Shown in pieces: positions 24,882 through 38,055 of a stretch of 64,000 bases of DNA. The position numbers and the translations under genes were made by a program. The notes under the pieces are model-generated. The model was not told the origin of the DNA. It made no database searches and was given only the letters and a program-made list of their open reading frames with translations. Location of the stretch: positions 18,414,001 through 18,478,000 of the forward strand of contig JBHGNT010000004.1 in NCBI GenBank assembly GCA_043228905.1, written 5' to 3'. Origin of the DNA: Azolla caroliniana. Lineage: Eukaryota; Plantae; Polypodiophyta. The stretch's first letter is position 1. Each line of letters starts with the position of its first letter.

Positions 24882-25203
24882 AGGAGTGATCATGAATGTA
24901 TATTTGGCTATTAAGTGTAACTACATTCCGCTTGTAACAAATCGAGTAATATAAAATCATGTGTTTTGAATTCTTATGATTTCCCAAAAATCGTTTCTTA
25001 TAAAATAACATTGGTTGTAAAGTTTGTGATATAAATTGAGAATGTATGTTTTTGAAATTCGTCTTTTTTTAGTTACTTCTAAATCACGAAAATAGTGGAT
25101 TTTTAACCTTTTTCATAGTATGTTTGAACTTGTATGATACTGGTATCAATGTGTTTTGTAAAATCATTGAAAAACCCCTAAAATTTCCCTTCTCCTTCCA
25201 TTT

Positions 25204-25239
25204 ATGCGCGATCCTTCCACTTGTGAACGCGAACGTGTT
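25204..25239 (-). repeat. Right terminal inverted repeat
   Basis: atgcgcgatccttccacttgtgaacgcgaacgtgtt is the reverse complement of the left TIR with one mismatch. Confidence 0.95.
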
Positions 25240-25961
25240 ATGTTAAGTGAGAGCCAATGCAATACTTTACTTGCCCCTTGATTCCATTCCTTAAAGGCTT
25301 TAATTTGTGCAGCAGTTGCATTTTCTTCAGGGATCTCTGGAGCCTCTTCTAGGTCTCCTTCAATGTAATCCTAGTATCCTTTTGCCATCAGGAAATTTGT
25401 CATTGTGAATATCCACACTAGGAAATTGTTTTTATCCAGCTTTTCTGTGACTATTTGGCTTCCATTCTCAACAACCATTCCCTCTTTCAATTAGGGCTTT
25501 TGCTATGATTAACTTCACAGACAACTCTCTGATTTAGTTTAGCAACCAGAACCAAACTTCTCAGATTTGTACTACTCTAATCTTCTTTATGAGCAACTCT
25601 ACTATGACACCATGTTACGAAGGCGCTCCGACTCTTCTTTGTGCACAATGGATCGTGATGTGCTAGATCGTTAGGTGTGCTCGAGACAGAAAGGAAAGGG
25701 GGAAAGAGACTTACCTCTGCACAGTCCAAAAGCTTCTACTTCATTGCATGCATTCATTGTTTGTTTTTTGTTTTTTGTTCTTTTTCTTTTCTACTCTCAC
25801 TACTTAGTTGTCAATAGCTAAATAACTATTAGTAGATAAATAGTTATGATAGCTAATTAGTTGGTTCACCTTTATGTCCACTAGTAGCTAATTAGCTAAT
25901 AACTACTATAGCTTATTTCTCAATAAGCATCACATACCTTTGTTGAGCTTGCTTCTCAACA

Positions 25962-26416
25962 GGCCTATCTATTCCCGACCAGCTGAGCTTGAGGGGGAGT
26001 ACAGAACAGTGAACTAATCATTGATCGAAGCCGAACAAGGAGTACGCAACCGAAAAGCCAAACAATCAAAGTTTGAACCGTTCCGAAGACTGACCCGAAA
26101 CAATTTTTTGATATACATAAGTTGTGTTCGAAGGGGCGTGTTGAGAATCGAACTCAACATCCCATAGAAATAGGTTTCACACTAGCTCATGGACATATCA
26201 TGGTAGTTTTGAAAATAGTAGAAAGGGCCCTTGCCCTAGTTTAGTTGGTATTTAAACCAACCCTTGGTAACTTTGTTACTGTTGGAAGTAATACATAGTT
26301 TTCTCATCTTAAGACTCTCTCTCTCTCTCTCTCTCTCTGTTTCTCATAAGTGCTCATACACACACACAGTCCTACCGTTGCATACAATCACTCTCCTTTA
26401 TCTACATCATCTAACA
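25962..26416 (+). mobile_element. 3' end and probable 3' LTR (26139-26416) of the copia begun at 4660
   Basis: Continues after the TSD. Purine tracts at ~25985 and ~26130 are followed by TGTTGAGA...CTAACA. Confidence 0.55.
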
Positions 26417-26419
26417 ACT

Positions 26420-28860
26420 CTTGGATAATTACATGATGCTATCCTCGTCCATTTTATAAAAGTTATCACCGGATTTCTTCCGGTTCTCTGCATCGGCCCG
26501 GAGTATTTGAAGTTCAACCGCTTGTTTCGATCACTACTCCCAAATGGCCTCCGAACATCCTTCCATTCTTTCTCGCATCCATTCACAATGGCCTCGACTA
26601 TAAGCCGGATTCATTTGATCCCCATTTGCACTCATTCCTTCGTGGCTTGTGTCTCTTGCTTGAGATGCTTGATCAACTTTGCCGCTGCTATCACTTGAAC
26701 TGCATACTTCATAGCTTGGGTTTTGTTGGTTGTCTGAACTCTCGTCACCACCACTCACGAGTGTTCGATTATCTGATTTTGCTCTATTAGCAACTCAAGT
26801 TGTTCCCTTACTACGTCTTCCAATAGCTTCGTCGTTATTTCTGCCAGAGGTCTTTCTTGCACCGCTAGGGCCTCCGTTTTGTCTTTTATTTTTGTGTAGC
26901 TTCCTTTAGCTTCTCGCATTTCCGGTCATACTCCTTTTAGAGCTCCTTATGCTCCTGGTACAGCTTCTCGAAATCATCCGTTTTCTCCTTTAGACATTAG
27001 TTCACTTGCAGTCAAAACCGCTCGTTCTAGTCTTTCTACTGTCAAAGCTCTTCCCTTAGTCTTTCGATTTCGGTTTTGGCCATCCAACGGAGCTTATGCT
27101 TTTCTTGTTGGAGCGCGTCCTTTTCCTCCTTTAGCTGGTCCATATTGTTTTGCATTCTATGAAGACATTCTTTGATTCTTCATCTTTCAACTTCGGTTGC
27201 TTTCCGTAGTTGTGCAACCTTTATCACTGCTTGTGTGACCAAATTGGCATTCAATATATATATATATATATATCCCATTGTTTCTCTTTTTCTAGTGCTG
27301 TCTTTGTAACCGGTTCCTCTTTCTGAGCCTGTACTGGTACTGTGTCTGGTACGACTATTTCCAGCTCTGTTGTGTTTTCTTGGCTTAGATTTACCTGTAT
27401 GGCCAAAAATTCCTTGGCCCTCTTCACCTCTTCTTCCAATGCCTAAATGCGACTCTAGGCCTCTACTAGTTGTCTAGCCATAGACACTGTTTTTTTCGTC
27501 TGTGTGGGCCATCTTATCCATTCCCTCCGTTCTGCTTCCATCCGTGCTACCGCCCAGTAAGCTATTGTCTTAGCCATTCCACAAGTTGTTGGCAGGTACC
27601 ATATCGGGTGATTGTGGCAAATGCTTGCGCCACCTTCGTCAATTTCACCTCTTGTCTTCCGGATTCCTTGAGTGTCTGAACCGCCGGTTCTTCTTGCGTC
27701 TCTTTTTCCTGACCCCTTAGGTTCTCCAACTAGTTGTCTACCTCATTCATGTGTTGATTGGTGCAACCCGGTTGAGTTGGCCTTTGTGGTTCCGATTCTT
27801 GTTGAACCGTTTCTACCACTTTAGCACTTACCATTGCTACGCTCTCTGCTAGCTTGGTCCACCACTGTTGAGCTGACAGTCGGTGATCTAGTATCCAACT
27901 CTAGAACAAATGAGTCCCTTTCTTGCTCGTTCGGATGCAAGCGTTGCCGTCTCTACACAGGTTGGTCCTCGTCCTCTACCAACTCCTCCTCGTTGATAGT
28001 CTCCTGGTGTTCTCTACCAGCTAGCTGTCCTTGCACCATATCTTTCCTCTTCAGCTTGATGCGAATGGATTTGAGGGTCCCGACAGTACCCCCCTGATTT
28101 CAGCTGGGGGCATTTTGGAGCATCAGGAGTCCTCTCCGGCCCAGCTGGTCGTGGGTTTGGCTAGTAGGTTTTACTGTTTTAACTATTGTGTGGCATCGTT
28201 TCCGTTCTTCCTCTCTTCTTTGGCTTGATGGCGAGTTGTGGTGGCACAATATGGTTAGCCACTTACTCTAGTCCAAGGCTCTTTTTCGTTTGTGACAGTT
28301 GCGATGTGCGTCCAGAGGGAGTTTGTTGTTATGAGCGGCCAATCGACCTGTAAGCCTTCAAATGTTGCAATAATGAAGTCGGCTCTATTCTTTGGCATTG
28401 CTAGTGGTCGTGGATGGACGAATGCATATTCCAGCAGGACCTTCACAATCTCTCGGAACAACATTTCTGTCGTGGTCTCCGATAGGGCTTGTTAGCGATT
28501 GAGAACTTGCCGAATTACTCATCCAAAATATCTGTTGCCGGATTCTCTATGGCATATAAGTGCCTAGATTGGAGTTCTATCGCGACCTAGATTGTGGCTT
28601 CTGAGATGCCCTCCACATTGATTGTTTTGGTGATCCTTTCTGGTTCTTGATGCGGTGGAGCTTCGGCTACACGGATGAACCCCTCGAGTTTGTTTTTCTA
28701 CAACCAATCCTTCACTTCCATGGATAACGCCATCGGTCCTACTTCTTCTTCGAGGTTGTTCTGCGAATGCGCTTCGTGTGCTTTTCCAGTGCTCTGGTTC
28801 ATTCTAACACAGTGGGTTCTCGAAAATATTCTATCATGCTCCTCACTATCTCCATGATAT
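26420..28860 (-). pseudogene. Decayed ORF of unknown function, probably a retrotransposon accessory ORF with coiled coil
   Basis: Coding-like minus-strand fragments (FREIVKVLLEYAF..GLQVDWPLI; an E/K/Q-rich C-terminal part) interrupted by stops. Confidence 0.4.
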
Positions 28861-30360
28861 TCCGATTCATTCTCTCTGCAAGCCCAGTCAACTCAAGGGT
28901 CTTTGGCATTGTATACTCGAGTCTTATGCCCTAGGCTTTGTAGTACTCATTGAACTATCCTCTGTACTAGCCACCGTTGTCGGTTCGGACAGCCTTCAGC
29001 TTCCGGCCCGACTCTCTTTCTGCTCTGACTTGGAAAAGTTTGAAAAATGATAGTACTTGGTCCTTTGACTTAAGTACAAAAGCCCACAACTGTCAATTGT
29101 AGTCTTCTATGAACATCACAAAGTACTATCCACTGTGATGCGATGGAGCATCCACATAGTGCACCTCTGTGTGTACCAGTTGTAGTGCACATTCTATCCT
29201 CTTTGGTGATCTCGAGTGGAATACAACTCAGTTCTGCTTTTCGACTAGGAAGTCGACACATCTCTCTAGGTATAATTCTTTTACTTGTGAAAGAAGTTTT
29301 TGGTCGGCTAGGATATGCATACCCTTTTCGCTCATGTGACCAAGCCTCTTCTGCCATATCTCCACTCGAGTCAGTTGCCACGTTTTCTTCATCCTTCCAC
29401 AACTTGGCATGCATCACATATAGAGTGCCCTATTTTTGGGATCGGCCACTATGAGACTTCCTTTGCAGAACTTCCACTTTCCATTCTGAAAAGTACCTCT
29501 ATATACTTCGTCATCAAGTCTTCCCGTTGATACCAGATTCAGCTTGATATTGGGGACATGTCGATCATCCCTAACTAGTTGATGTTGTCAGACATATATT
29601 TGCTATGCCAGCTATTCTGCATTTTCCATTCTCTCCCATCTGGACATTGCCATAGTCCCCGACTATGTAGAATGAGAAGCACTCTTACGAGGGGGTTATG
29701 TGAAACGATGCACCGAAGTCCATCACCCACGCACTCTTCTTTTTCAAGGTTTGCACTTGCTTGCTTGCAAATGAACATGAGTTCCTCTTCGTTTGTAGCC
29801 ACGGTTGAAGTGCCCTTTTCTGTAGAAGTCTTTCTAGGTTCTACATCATTTGAGACACCTTTGTCCTTCTTAAGGTGTCGACAGTCTTTCCATAAGTGTC
29901 TAGGTTTTCCAAAGTAAAATCATGTATGCTTCTCCATGGACTTGGATCTGGCATGAGACTGTCTCTTTGTTGTGAACTTCTTTGCTGCAAATGTTGTGTC
30001 ATATTCGCCTCTAACTGGGATAGGACACCCTTGTCCTTTCTTCATGTCTCCTTGTTTAGGATACTAGTCTTCACCACTTTGAAAGGAAATTTTTCTTCTT
30101 GGCACGAGGTACTGAGAGTCACCACAAGGTTCTCCCAATTGTCCAACAGGGTACACAACAACAATAGAGCCTGCATAACATCATCAAGGGGAAACTTGGC
30201 TGTCACAAGTTGATTTACATATCCCACGAATGTGTTGATTTGTATTACTATGCTTTCTTCGTCTTTGTACTTCAGTCTTACAATCTTTCTCATCAGAGAG
30301 GTTTTGCTGAGGGCATTCTTCCTGTCATACAACTCTGACAACTTGTGCCACATTTCGTAG
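28860..30360 (-). pseudogene. Truncated copia gag/protease/integrase fragment
   Basis: YEMWHKLSELYDRKNAL and WQKRLGHMSEKGM are similar to the gag-pol of 42771-48116. Similarity stops abruptly at 30360. Confidence 0.8.
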
Positions 30361-30706
30361 AACACTGGATCATTTGAAACAAGTAATATGGCACATTCTC
30401 TTTTTCAATCTTAGTGAGATGTTGAAAAATGCCTTATTTAAGCAGAATTTCAAAAAGGCACAACGCACGGATATGTGGTTTATGCAAACATAGCAAAAAA
30501 TAGAACTGGATAATATCATCCGAAGTATATTCTATGTGACATGTTTTTGTCCAAATCTTCTATATGGTATAGAAGTAAAAACAAGTATAATAGTACCACG
30601 AGTCATTTGCATATTCTAAAAAGCATACCCCATTGAATAAGTGACTTCTTCTAATTGTGTGTGTATATTTATATGTAATATATCATAAAACAAATTGTAA
30701 ACCTTG

Positions 30707-31549
30707 TGATAGAGTGGATAAGATAGATGATAGTCGTACACTATATGAGGGCTTGATCTAACCGATTAGATGGAGTTGTGAATTATAATAGTTTTTATGG
30801 ATCAAAGTAACTACGAATTAGAGAGTTAGACTCAAGAAATTAAGACAAAAGGTAGAGAAGATGAGAAAGAGATAAGAATGTTATAATATTCCACTATCAA
30901 GTCCATACAAAGGGGATAAACTCCAAATTGAACTAAAAAACCAAAGAACTTCTTACTTCCAATCACTCAAACCTACAAATTTCTTTCACTATTCTACCGT
31001 AATCTCTTTCTCCCTTCAACTATGCTTCCTTCTTCCCACTATTAAGACCTCTCCTCCTCTCCTCTACTAAGACTCCCTCTCTTATTACTAAGGTATCACT
31101 TTCCCCTTCCTTAGCCTCATTCCTCCTTATTATCATCTTCTTCCCCCCTTTTATAATCATCTTATTCTTTCTCTTTCCTCCTTTCACGCTTTTTAAAAGT
31201 TTTTATCTCCTATTTTTAGCTATGACACAACGACCTTCTATTCTTTATATCTCCCTCCTTCGAGCTCCAAATTTAGAGATTTAAAAAGCTACAAATAACT
31301 CTGTTTACGAGCTTTCTAACCCATATTTAAACATCATATTTGGGGGACAAATGAAAGAGTTATCACCATTCCTTTCCGACTATTTTTCGATGGCCCATTT
31401 TTTCTCTTTTTACTTTTCTCTGTGTCTCTTACTTTACTTTTGACTTATTCGTAAGGTCTTGGTTCGTGTTCTTAGCCTCCAAATGTGAATGCTCCATACC
31501 TTATATTCTTCTGATGTTCAATAGCTTGAATTCTAAAAACACCTTCACA
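30707..31549. repeat. Probable solo LTR
   Basis: TG...CA termini flanked by the direct repeat ccttg (30702-30706 and 31550-31554). Confidence 0.5.
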
Positions 31550-32232
31550 CCTTGCAATTAAGAGATACTACTATGTCGAGAGAAAAAATCCATTGACACT
31601 TGATACATGACACCGTCAATGTAGAAATGAAATAGTCTACAATAACTTTCCAATCATACGAGCAAATCGTAGAGTATAATTTTATCTCCCATATAACCCG
31701 AACGATAAAGGAGACTTTAGACAACATGTACACATACAAATTATACTTAATCTCTAAGTTCAATGACTGTTATGAGCAAATTATAAAAAAGCTCAACTTA
31801 TATATTACGTCAAAATTTAACAATTCATATTGTTCAAATTTTACAATAAGCTATATGCATTCAATCCAATAATAAGTTCGGTATTTTAGGATTAGCTCTT
31901 TCATCAGGATTGTCCTCATTGGTTTCATTGATACGCTCAATAGAATCATTAGTATGTTCAGACCCTGACACGTCTTATTATTCAACAAGGTCCGCTGCTT
32001 CTTCATCTATAGGTTCCATTGCTTCTTTGGAAGTCATTTGGAACATCTCAGTTTCATTGATATGCTTTGCCCCAACTTCTTGGTATTGATCAGGACAGTC
32101 CCACATACCTTGGATCCTCATTTTGATGAAATTAACCTGATCCCTTCTCCAATGCAACATAGTTCCTGAACATCTTTAAGGCGCATGTTGTAGTAGTACT
32201 TGTTTGTAGAATGAAATTGCACATGTAACATC

Positions 32233-35200
32233 TGTAAAAAGTAACGTGCGGAAGCAGGTATAAAGACCGAACAGAAGGAAGAAAGACTCAGGTTTAATGG
32301 AGAGCTTGAGCTTACACAGTATACGCGGGAGAGACAGAGAGAGTGAGAGAGAAAACACAAGAACTGTATTCAACAAAAACAATCTCAATACTCGACTCTA
32401 TATTACTTACATGTGTGTGTTCAATGAACACTTTTATACAAGTCCTAGAAGGACTGACCGAAGTAGTGACAGTACTTCAATGCTCATTAAGAGCTCCTAC
32501 ATTAACTCCCAAATATATTCCTCACGGAATATCTTTCCTAACGGCCTCCCGGTTTACGCACTAATCCGGCCCTACCTACGCACCGGTCTGCGTACCGGTT
32601 TACGCATTCGGCCTAACCGATCCGGTCCTCGGCTTCTTCAGCCGATCCGGCCGATGTTAAGCTTGTCTCTCAACACTCCCCCTCAAGCTCAACTTGAGGC
32701 TCTTCGGGATCTTCGGACTCACAGCTCTGGTTCCTCCTGGCTTCACGCCTCGCTCGCGCTCCTCGACCTGTTCGACTCCGCGCGCTTTGACCCTTCCGGT
32801 CGGCTTGTTTGCTCATGTGGCCCTTATCACCTCTTTTGCTGTTGCGGTGTTCACGCTTCTCCTGCAGCCTTTTCTTCCACTTGGGCCTCGGTTGATTCAG
32901 CGTATCTGAATCAAACATCCGAACCGACTTGGCTACCTCCGTTCGGTTTTCGCTCTCGTCCGAGTTGGCTGTCTCCAACTTGTCTTCGGTCTTCTCGCCC
33001 TCGGTGGCGTCATCTTCCCCATGCGTGGTTGACTTCGGCTCTCTCCTTCGGCTGCTCCCCTTTTGTCCGCTTCCATACTTTTCCGCGGGTCCGCCCTCGG
33101 CTTCTTCAGCCGATCCGAAGTCTAACTCGACAACCGACTCGGTGTCACGGGACTCGGTGTCACGGGACTCGGTGTCACGGTCTCTGCTCCTTTCCTGCTG
33201 CCTTGCTTGGTCGTACGAGACTGTTCTCCCCCTCAAGTTCGGCACGTCGAGGTGGCGCAATCCGAGCGCACTTGAGAATTGCCGCAACTTGTCCAGACAA
33301 AGAGGCTTGGTGAAGATGTCGGTAGTCTGCCGATCCGTCAGAACGTACTGAAGTTTGACTTCACCGGAAAGGACACGCTCACGGACGAAATGGTAGTGCA
33401 CCTCAATGTGCTTGGTTCGTGCGTGGAAAACGGGGTTTTTCGCGAGCTGGATGCTGCTGAGGTTGTCGCAGTAGATCGTCGTGGGATCTGACACCTCCTC
33501 TTGCAGGTCCTTAAGGAGCCGCTTCAACCATATGGCTTCGCATGTCGCGGCAGCCGCTCCTCGGTACTCAGTTTCGGTGCTCGACAGTGCAACTGTCGGC
33601 TGTTTCTTACTGCTCCACGCGATCGCGGCACTCCCGAGGGAGAACACGTATCCGGACGTGGATCGGCGATCAGCGGCGTTGCCAGTCCAATCAGCATCGG
33701 TGTAGCCGACTAACTGCGTGACTGCACCAGTCCGATATAGCAGTCCTCGGTCCTTAGTGTTGTTGACATACAGAAGTATGCGTTGCGCACACTGAAGGTG
33801 CTCCTCGGTAGTTCGCGCCATGAACTGACTGATCACTCCGACCGGATAACTGAGGTCGGGTCGGGTGATGGTCAAGTATATGAGGCTTCCGACAATTTTT
33901 CGGAACCTCGTCGGGTCGCATACCTTTCCCGTATCGGGACGAAGCTTGACGGTTCTGTCCAGAGGAGTCGAGACGGACTTACAATCGGCCATCCCGAATT
34001 TGAAGAGCATACTCAGCACGTAATGACGTTGGCTGATCAATATGCCTTCGGGGGTACAGATCACTTCGATCCCGAGGAAGTAATGAAGGTCCCCCAGATC
34101 CTTCATGTCAAACGATGCCGCAAGCTGGAGCTTTACGCGGTCGATTTCACCTAGGTCGGCGTTGGTGATGACCAAGTCATCAACATATAGTAAAATACTA
34201 ACCGGTCCGAGTCCACCTTTCCGGATGAACAGGGAAGAGTTTGATTTTGACGTGACAAAGCCCATCCGACGCAGTTGTTGTGTGATCTTCGCGTTCCAGG
34301 CACGCGGGGCTTGCTTCAGTCCGTAAAGGGACTTCTTCAGTTGGCATACTGCCGAGGAGTTCGTTCCGGAGTGAAATCCGGGGGGTTGTACCATGTACAC
34401 CTGTTCCTCAAGGTCACCTTGCAGGAACGCATTCTTTACATCCATCTGATGTAAGTGCCACCCCTTCACCGCAGCTACTGCGAGCAAAACATGGACGGTC
34501 GTCATTTTTGCGACCAGTGCAAACGTCTCATCGTAGTCGATGTCGTGTTTCTACGCGTAGCCCTTTGCCACTAACCGAGCCTTGTACCGGTTGACCGAGC
34601 CATCGGTGTTGTACTTGACCTTGTACACCCACCTACACCCGATTGGTTTGACCCCTCTTGGTGCGTCAACCAGGTCCCAGGTCTCGTTCTTCGCCAATGC
34701 ATGCATCTCTTCCTCCATCGCGGCACGCCAATTCGCGTCTTTAGCCGCTTCTGCGTAGCTCTCTGGCTCACGCACTTCCACTACACGGGTCATGTACGCA
34801 TAATGGTGCGCCATGTACTCGTTGTATCCAAACCGCAAAACAGGATTCTTCTGGCGGGTAGATCGGCGTAATCTCACATTAGCCGATGTCGAGGCCTTTT
34901 GGGTCGACGCGGACTTCACCTTTAAAGACCCGTCACCTGTTCCCTCGGAGTCGGACTCGCATCGGTCTGAATCGTTCTTATCCGTGCCGGAATCCGACAC
35001 CTTCTTCTTCCCTTTCTTGTTGCGTGTAAGCCGTCTCCTAGGCTTCCTGCGCGGGGAATGCACGGCCGAGTCTCCAGTACTCGCCAGCTCTTCATCGGAC
35101 TGATCGTACCGACTCAGTCGTCTAGTCGGTCCACTTAAACGGAGTGAAATCGGACTCTCTTCGCGGGTCTTGATTTCGAGCTCATTCGGAGGCATCTCGG

Positions 35201-38055
35201 CCTCGCTGACCTCATCGTCAGAGCTCGGATTGGAGTCGGGGTTCAGAGTCGGGGGCTGGTACCAGGACGCGGACTCGTCAAACACAATGTCGCGGCTAAC
35301 ACGCGCTTGTTTGGTGCGAGGGTTATAGCACTTATAACCCTTCTGCTCGTCCAAGTAACCGACCAAGATGCATTTCTCGGCCTTTGCATCCAGCTTCCTC
35401 CTTTTCTCCTTCGGTACATGCACATACGCAATGCTACCGAACACCCTCAAGTGTCGCAAGTTCGGCTTTGTTCCGAAATATAGCTCGTGTGCCGACACTT
35501 TGTCTCCGATCCGGTTCTGGATGTATACCGCGGTCCTTACCGCCTCGGCCTAGTAGAACTTGGGCAAGCTCTTCTCCTCCAGCATTGCCCATGCCGCTTC
35601 CACAACTGACCGATTCTTCCTCTCGGCCACGCCGTTCTGCTCCGGCGTGTATCTACAACTGAATTCGCACCGAATTCCCATTTGTTGCAGATAACCGTTG
35701 AATTGACCGGAAAAGTACTCTTTCCCGCCATCCGACTACAGGCACTTGATCTTCCGTCTCGTTTCCGTTTCCACGAACCCTTTGAGGTCCCGGAAATAGT
35801 CGAAGACTTCTCTCTTCCTCTCAATGAGGTAGATCCACGTGTGCCGCGTGTGGTCGTCGATGAAGGAGACGAAATATCGGCTCCTGCCAAGACTAACGTT
35901 TTGTGCCGGCCCCCACACATCGGAGTGTATAAGGTCGAGCTTGTTCCGGCTCCGGTTTCGCTCATTGGGGAAAGGAAGTCGGTGTTGCTTCCCGAGCTGG
36001 CAGGGTTCACAAATTTGTGCCTTTCGGCCACTAAATTTGGGCAATCCGAACACTACCTGTTTCGATTGCAGATCTTGAAGCCGCTGGTAGTTGACGTGGC
36101 CTATCCGCTTGTGCCACAAGTCGATGTCCGACTCGGTTTTTCTTCCCTTCGCGAACATTGCGGTGCCGCCGTTAGTGGAGTCGAGGATGAACATCCTCCC
36201 GTCTCTGCGCCCTTGCGCAATCACACGGCCTTCTTCCTCAATGAAGTACCCGAGATGTGTAAACTGGACCTCCATCCCTTGGTCGACGATCTGTCTGACC
36301 GAGACCAAGTTCTTCGTGATTGTTGGAACGTGCAACACGTTCATGAGTTTACCTTTCTGCCCGACATGGCTAAGGGGAACTTCTCCGACATTCGCGATCG
36401 GATGCGGAGTGTCGTCTCCACTTGCGACTACTCCAGGTTGTATCAGTCTTTCAAGGTACGAGAACCACTCCTTATGGCTCTTCATGTGGTTTGACGTGCC
36501 AGAGTCTACGTACCAAACCTCGTCCGATCTCGGGGTGGTCTGTTTCATTGAGTTTGCTTTGTGTCTCGTCACGAAGGCAGACCCTTCTCCGGCTCTCCCG
36601 GAGTCTTTGGCGTAGTGCAATCGCTGCCGATTTCCCTTGTCGGTATGTCCGGAGCTGTTTCCGGAACCGGTTCTCTCTGAATCGGCGCGCTTCTTCCAGC
36701 ACTCACTTTCCCTGTGGCCTTTCTTGCCATAGTACCAGCACTCCGCGATGGCCTTCCCTTGCTGGTTCTCATCGCTTCGACTCCCCTTGTTTCTGGAGGG
36801 ACCAAAGTTGCTGTCGGCATCACTTCGGTGCCTTCTTCCTTGATCTCGTCGGCCGCCTCCATTGCGCGCCGACTCGCCTCGTCCGCCACGACCACGGGCC
36901 CTTTCTCCCTCCGTGTACAACATTCTGCTGTCGATGTGCGTGCTTGTAGACGTACCCGCGTGGTTCTCCTCTACCAGGAGCATCGACTGTAAGTCGAAAA
37001 AGGACAACGTATTCTCCCGGGTACACACAGCCATTCGGAATGCTCCGAACTTCAACGACAAACCTCCAAGACAGATCTGGACCATCTCGCTCTCCTCGAT
37101 GTTCACCTCTATGGAGGCGATGGAGTCGCAAATATCCTTGATCTACGAGGTATAGTCCGCCACCGACATGTCGTGTTGTCGTAGGTTGCTCAACTCCTGT
37201 CGGAGCTGAAGCTTCATGGCTGTGGTGCTCGCAGCGAAAATCTTCTTCAGATTTTCCCACGCACCCTTCGGCGTCTTTGCATCCCGGACATAGCTCAATA
37301 GTTGTTCGCCCACACATGACGCGAAGCAGTATAATACCCTGCTCGCCGATTGCTCCCACGACGGGAAGTCTCTGTGTGTCGGTTCGGGTGCCGCGTCATT
37401 AGCTCCTTCGACATAACTCCAGTAGCCGTGCCCGAGTAGGTACTGGTGCATCTTGTAGGACCAAGACACGTAGTTGGTTTTGTCGAGCTTCTCTGTTGGA
37501 AGCGAGCTCGCCATGCCTCTATCCATCATTCTTCTTATTCTTCTTCGTCAAGTTGTGTCGGCTGCAGAGAGGTTCTCAACCCTCGCGCTCTGATACCATG
37601 TAAAAAGTAACGTGCGGAAGCAGGTATAAAGACCGAACAGAAGGAAGAAAGACTCAGGTTTAATGGAGAGCTTGAGCTTATGCAGTATACGCGGGAGAGA
37701 CAGAGAGAGTGAGAGAGAAAACACAAGAACTGTATTCAACAAAAACAATCTCAATACTCGACTCTATATTACTTACATGTGTGTGTTCAATGAACACATT
37801 TACACAAGTCCTAGAAGGACTGACCGAAGTACTGACAGTACTTCAATGCTCATTAAGAACTCCTACATTAACTCCCAAATATATTCCTCACGGAATATCT
37901 TTCCTAACGGCCTCCCGGTTTACGCACTGATCCGGCCCTACCTACGCACTGGTCTGCGTATCGGTTTACGCATTCGGCTGAACCGATCGGTCCCAACCGA
38001 TCCGGTCCTCGGCTTCTTCAGCCGATCCGGCCGATGTTGAGCTTGTCTCTCAACA
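32233..38055 (-). mobile_element. Full-length copia element C; LTRs 32233-32675 and 37599-38055, TSD ACATC
   Basis: Highly similar LTRs. Met PBS at 37587-37598 and PPT at 32676. acatc lies on both sides. Confidence 0.95.
32670..37529 (-). pseudogene. gag-pol of copia C (several in-frame stops) with a charged C-terminal extension
   Basis: Motifs EKLDKTNYVSW, WYVDSG, HSDVWGP, LYVDD and TKHIEVHYHF in same-frame ORF pieces separated by TAG stops. Confidence 0.9.

Larger units (their letters stand above)
15348..25239. mobile_element. Sola-like cut-and-paste DNA transposon (9892 bp) carrying a transposase and a ParB-DNA methyltransferase gene
   Basis: 36-bp TIRs with 1 mismatch. TSD ATGT at 15344-15347 and 25240-25243. 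Removing the element and one ATGT restores the copia gag frame WLSLNISDSMLGHI. Confidence 0.92.
5444..25961 (-). mobile_element. Degenerate copia element A, host of two nested insertions; LTRs 5444-5845 and 25613-25961, TSD GGCCT
   Basis: Matching LTRs (tgttacgaaggcgctcc...ttctcaaca). ggcct lies at 5439-5443 and 25962-25966. PPT at 5846 and a degenerate Met PBS at ~25602-25612. Confidence 0.9.

Noticed and set aside
15347-25240. Alternative boundary with TA termini and a 2-bp TG duplication
   Set aside because: Also consistent with the sequence, but the copy at 60502 starts a|AACACG rather than t|AACACG. That supports AACACG termini with a 4-bp TSD.
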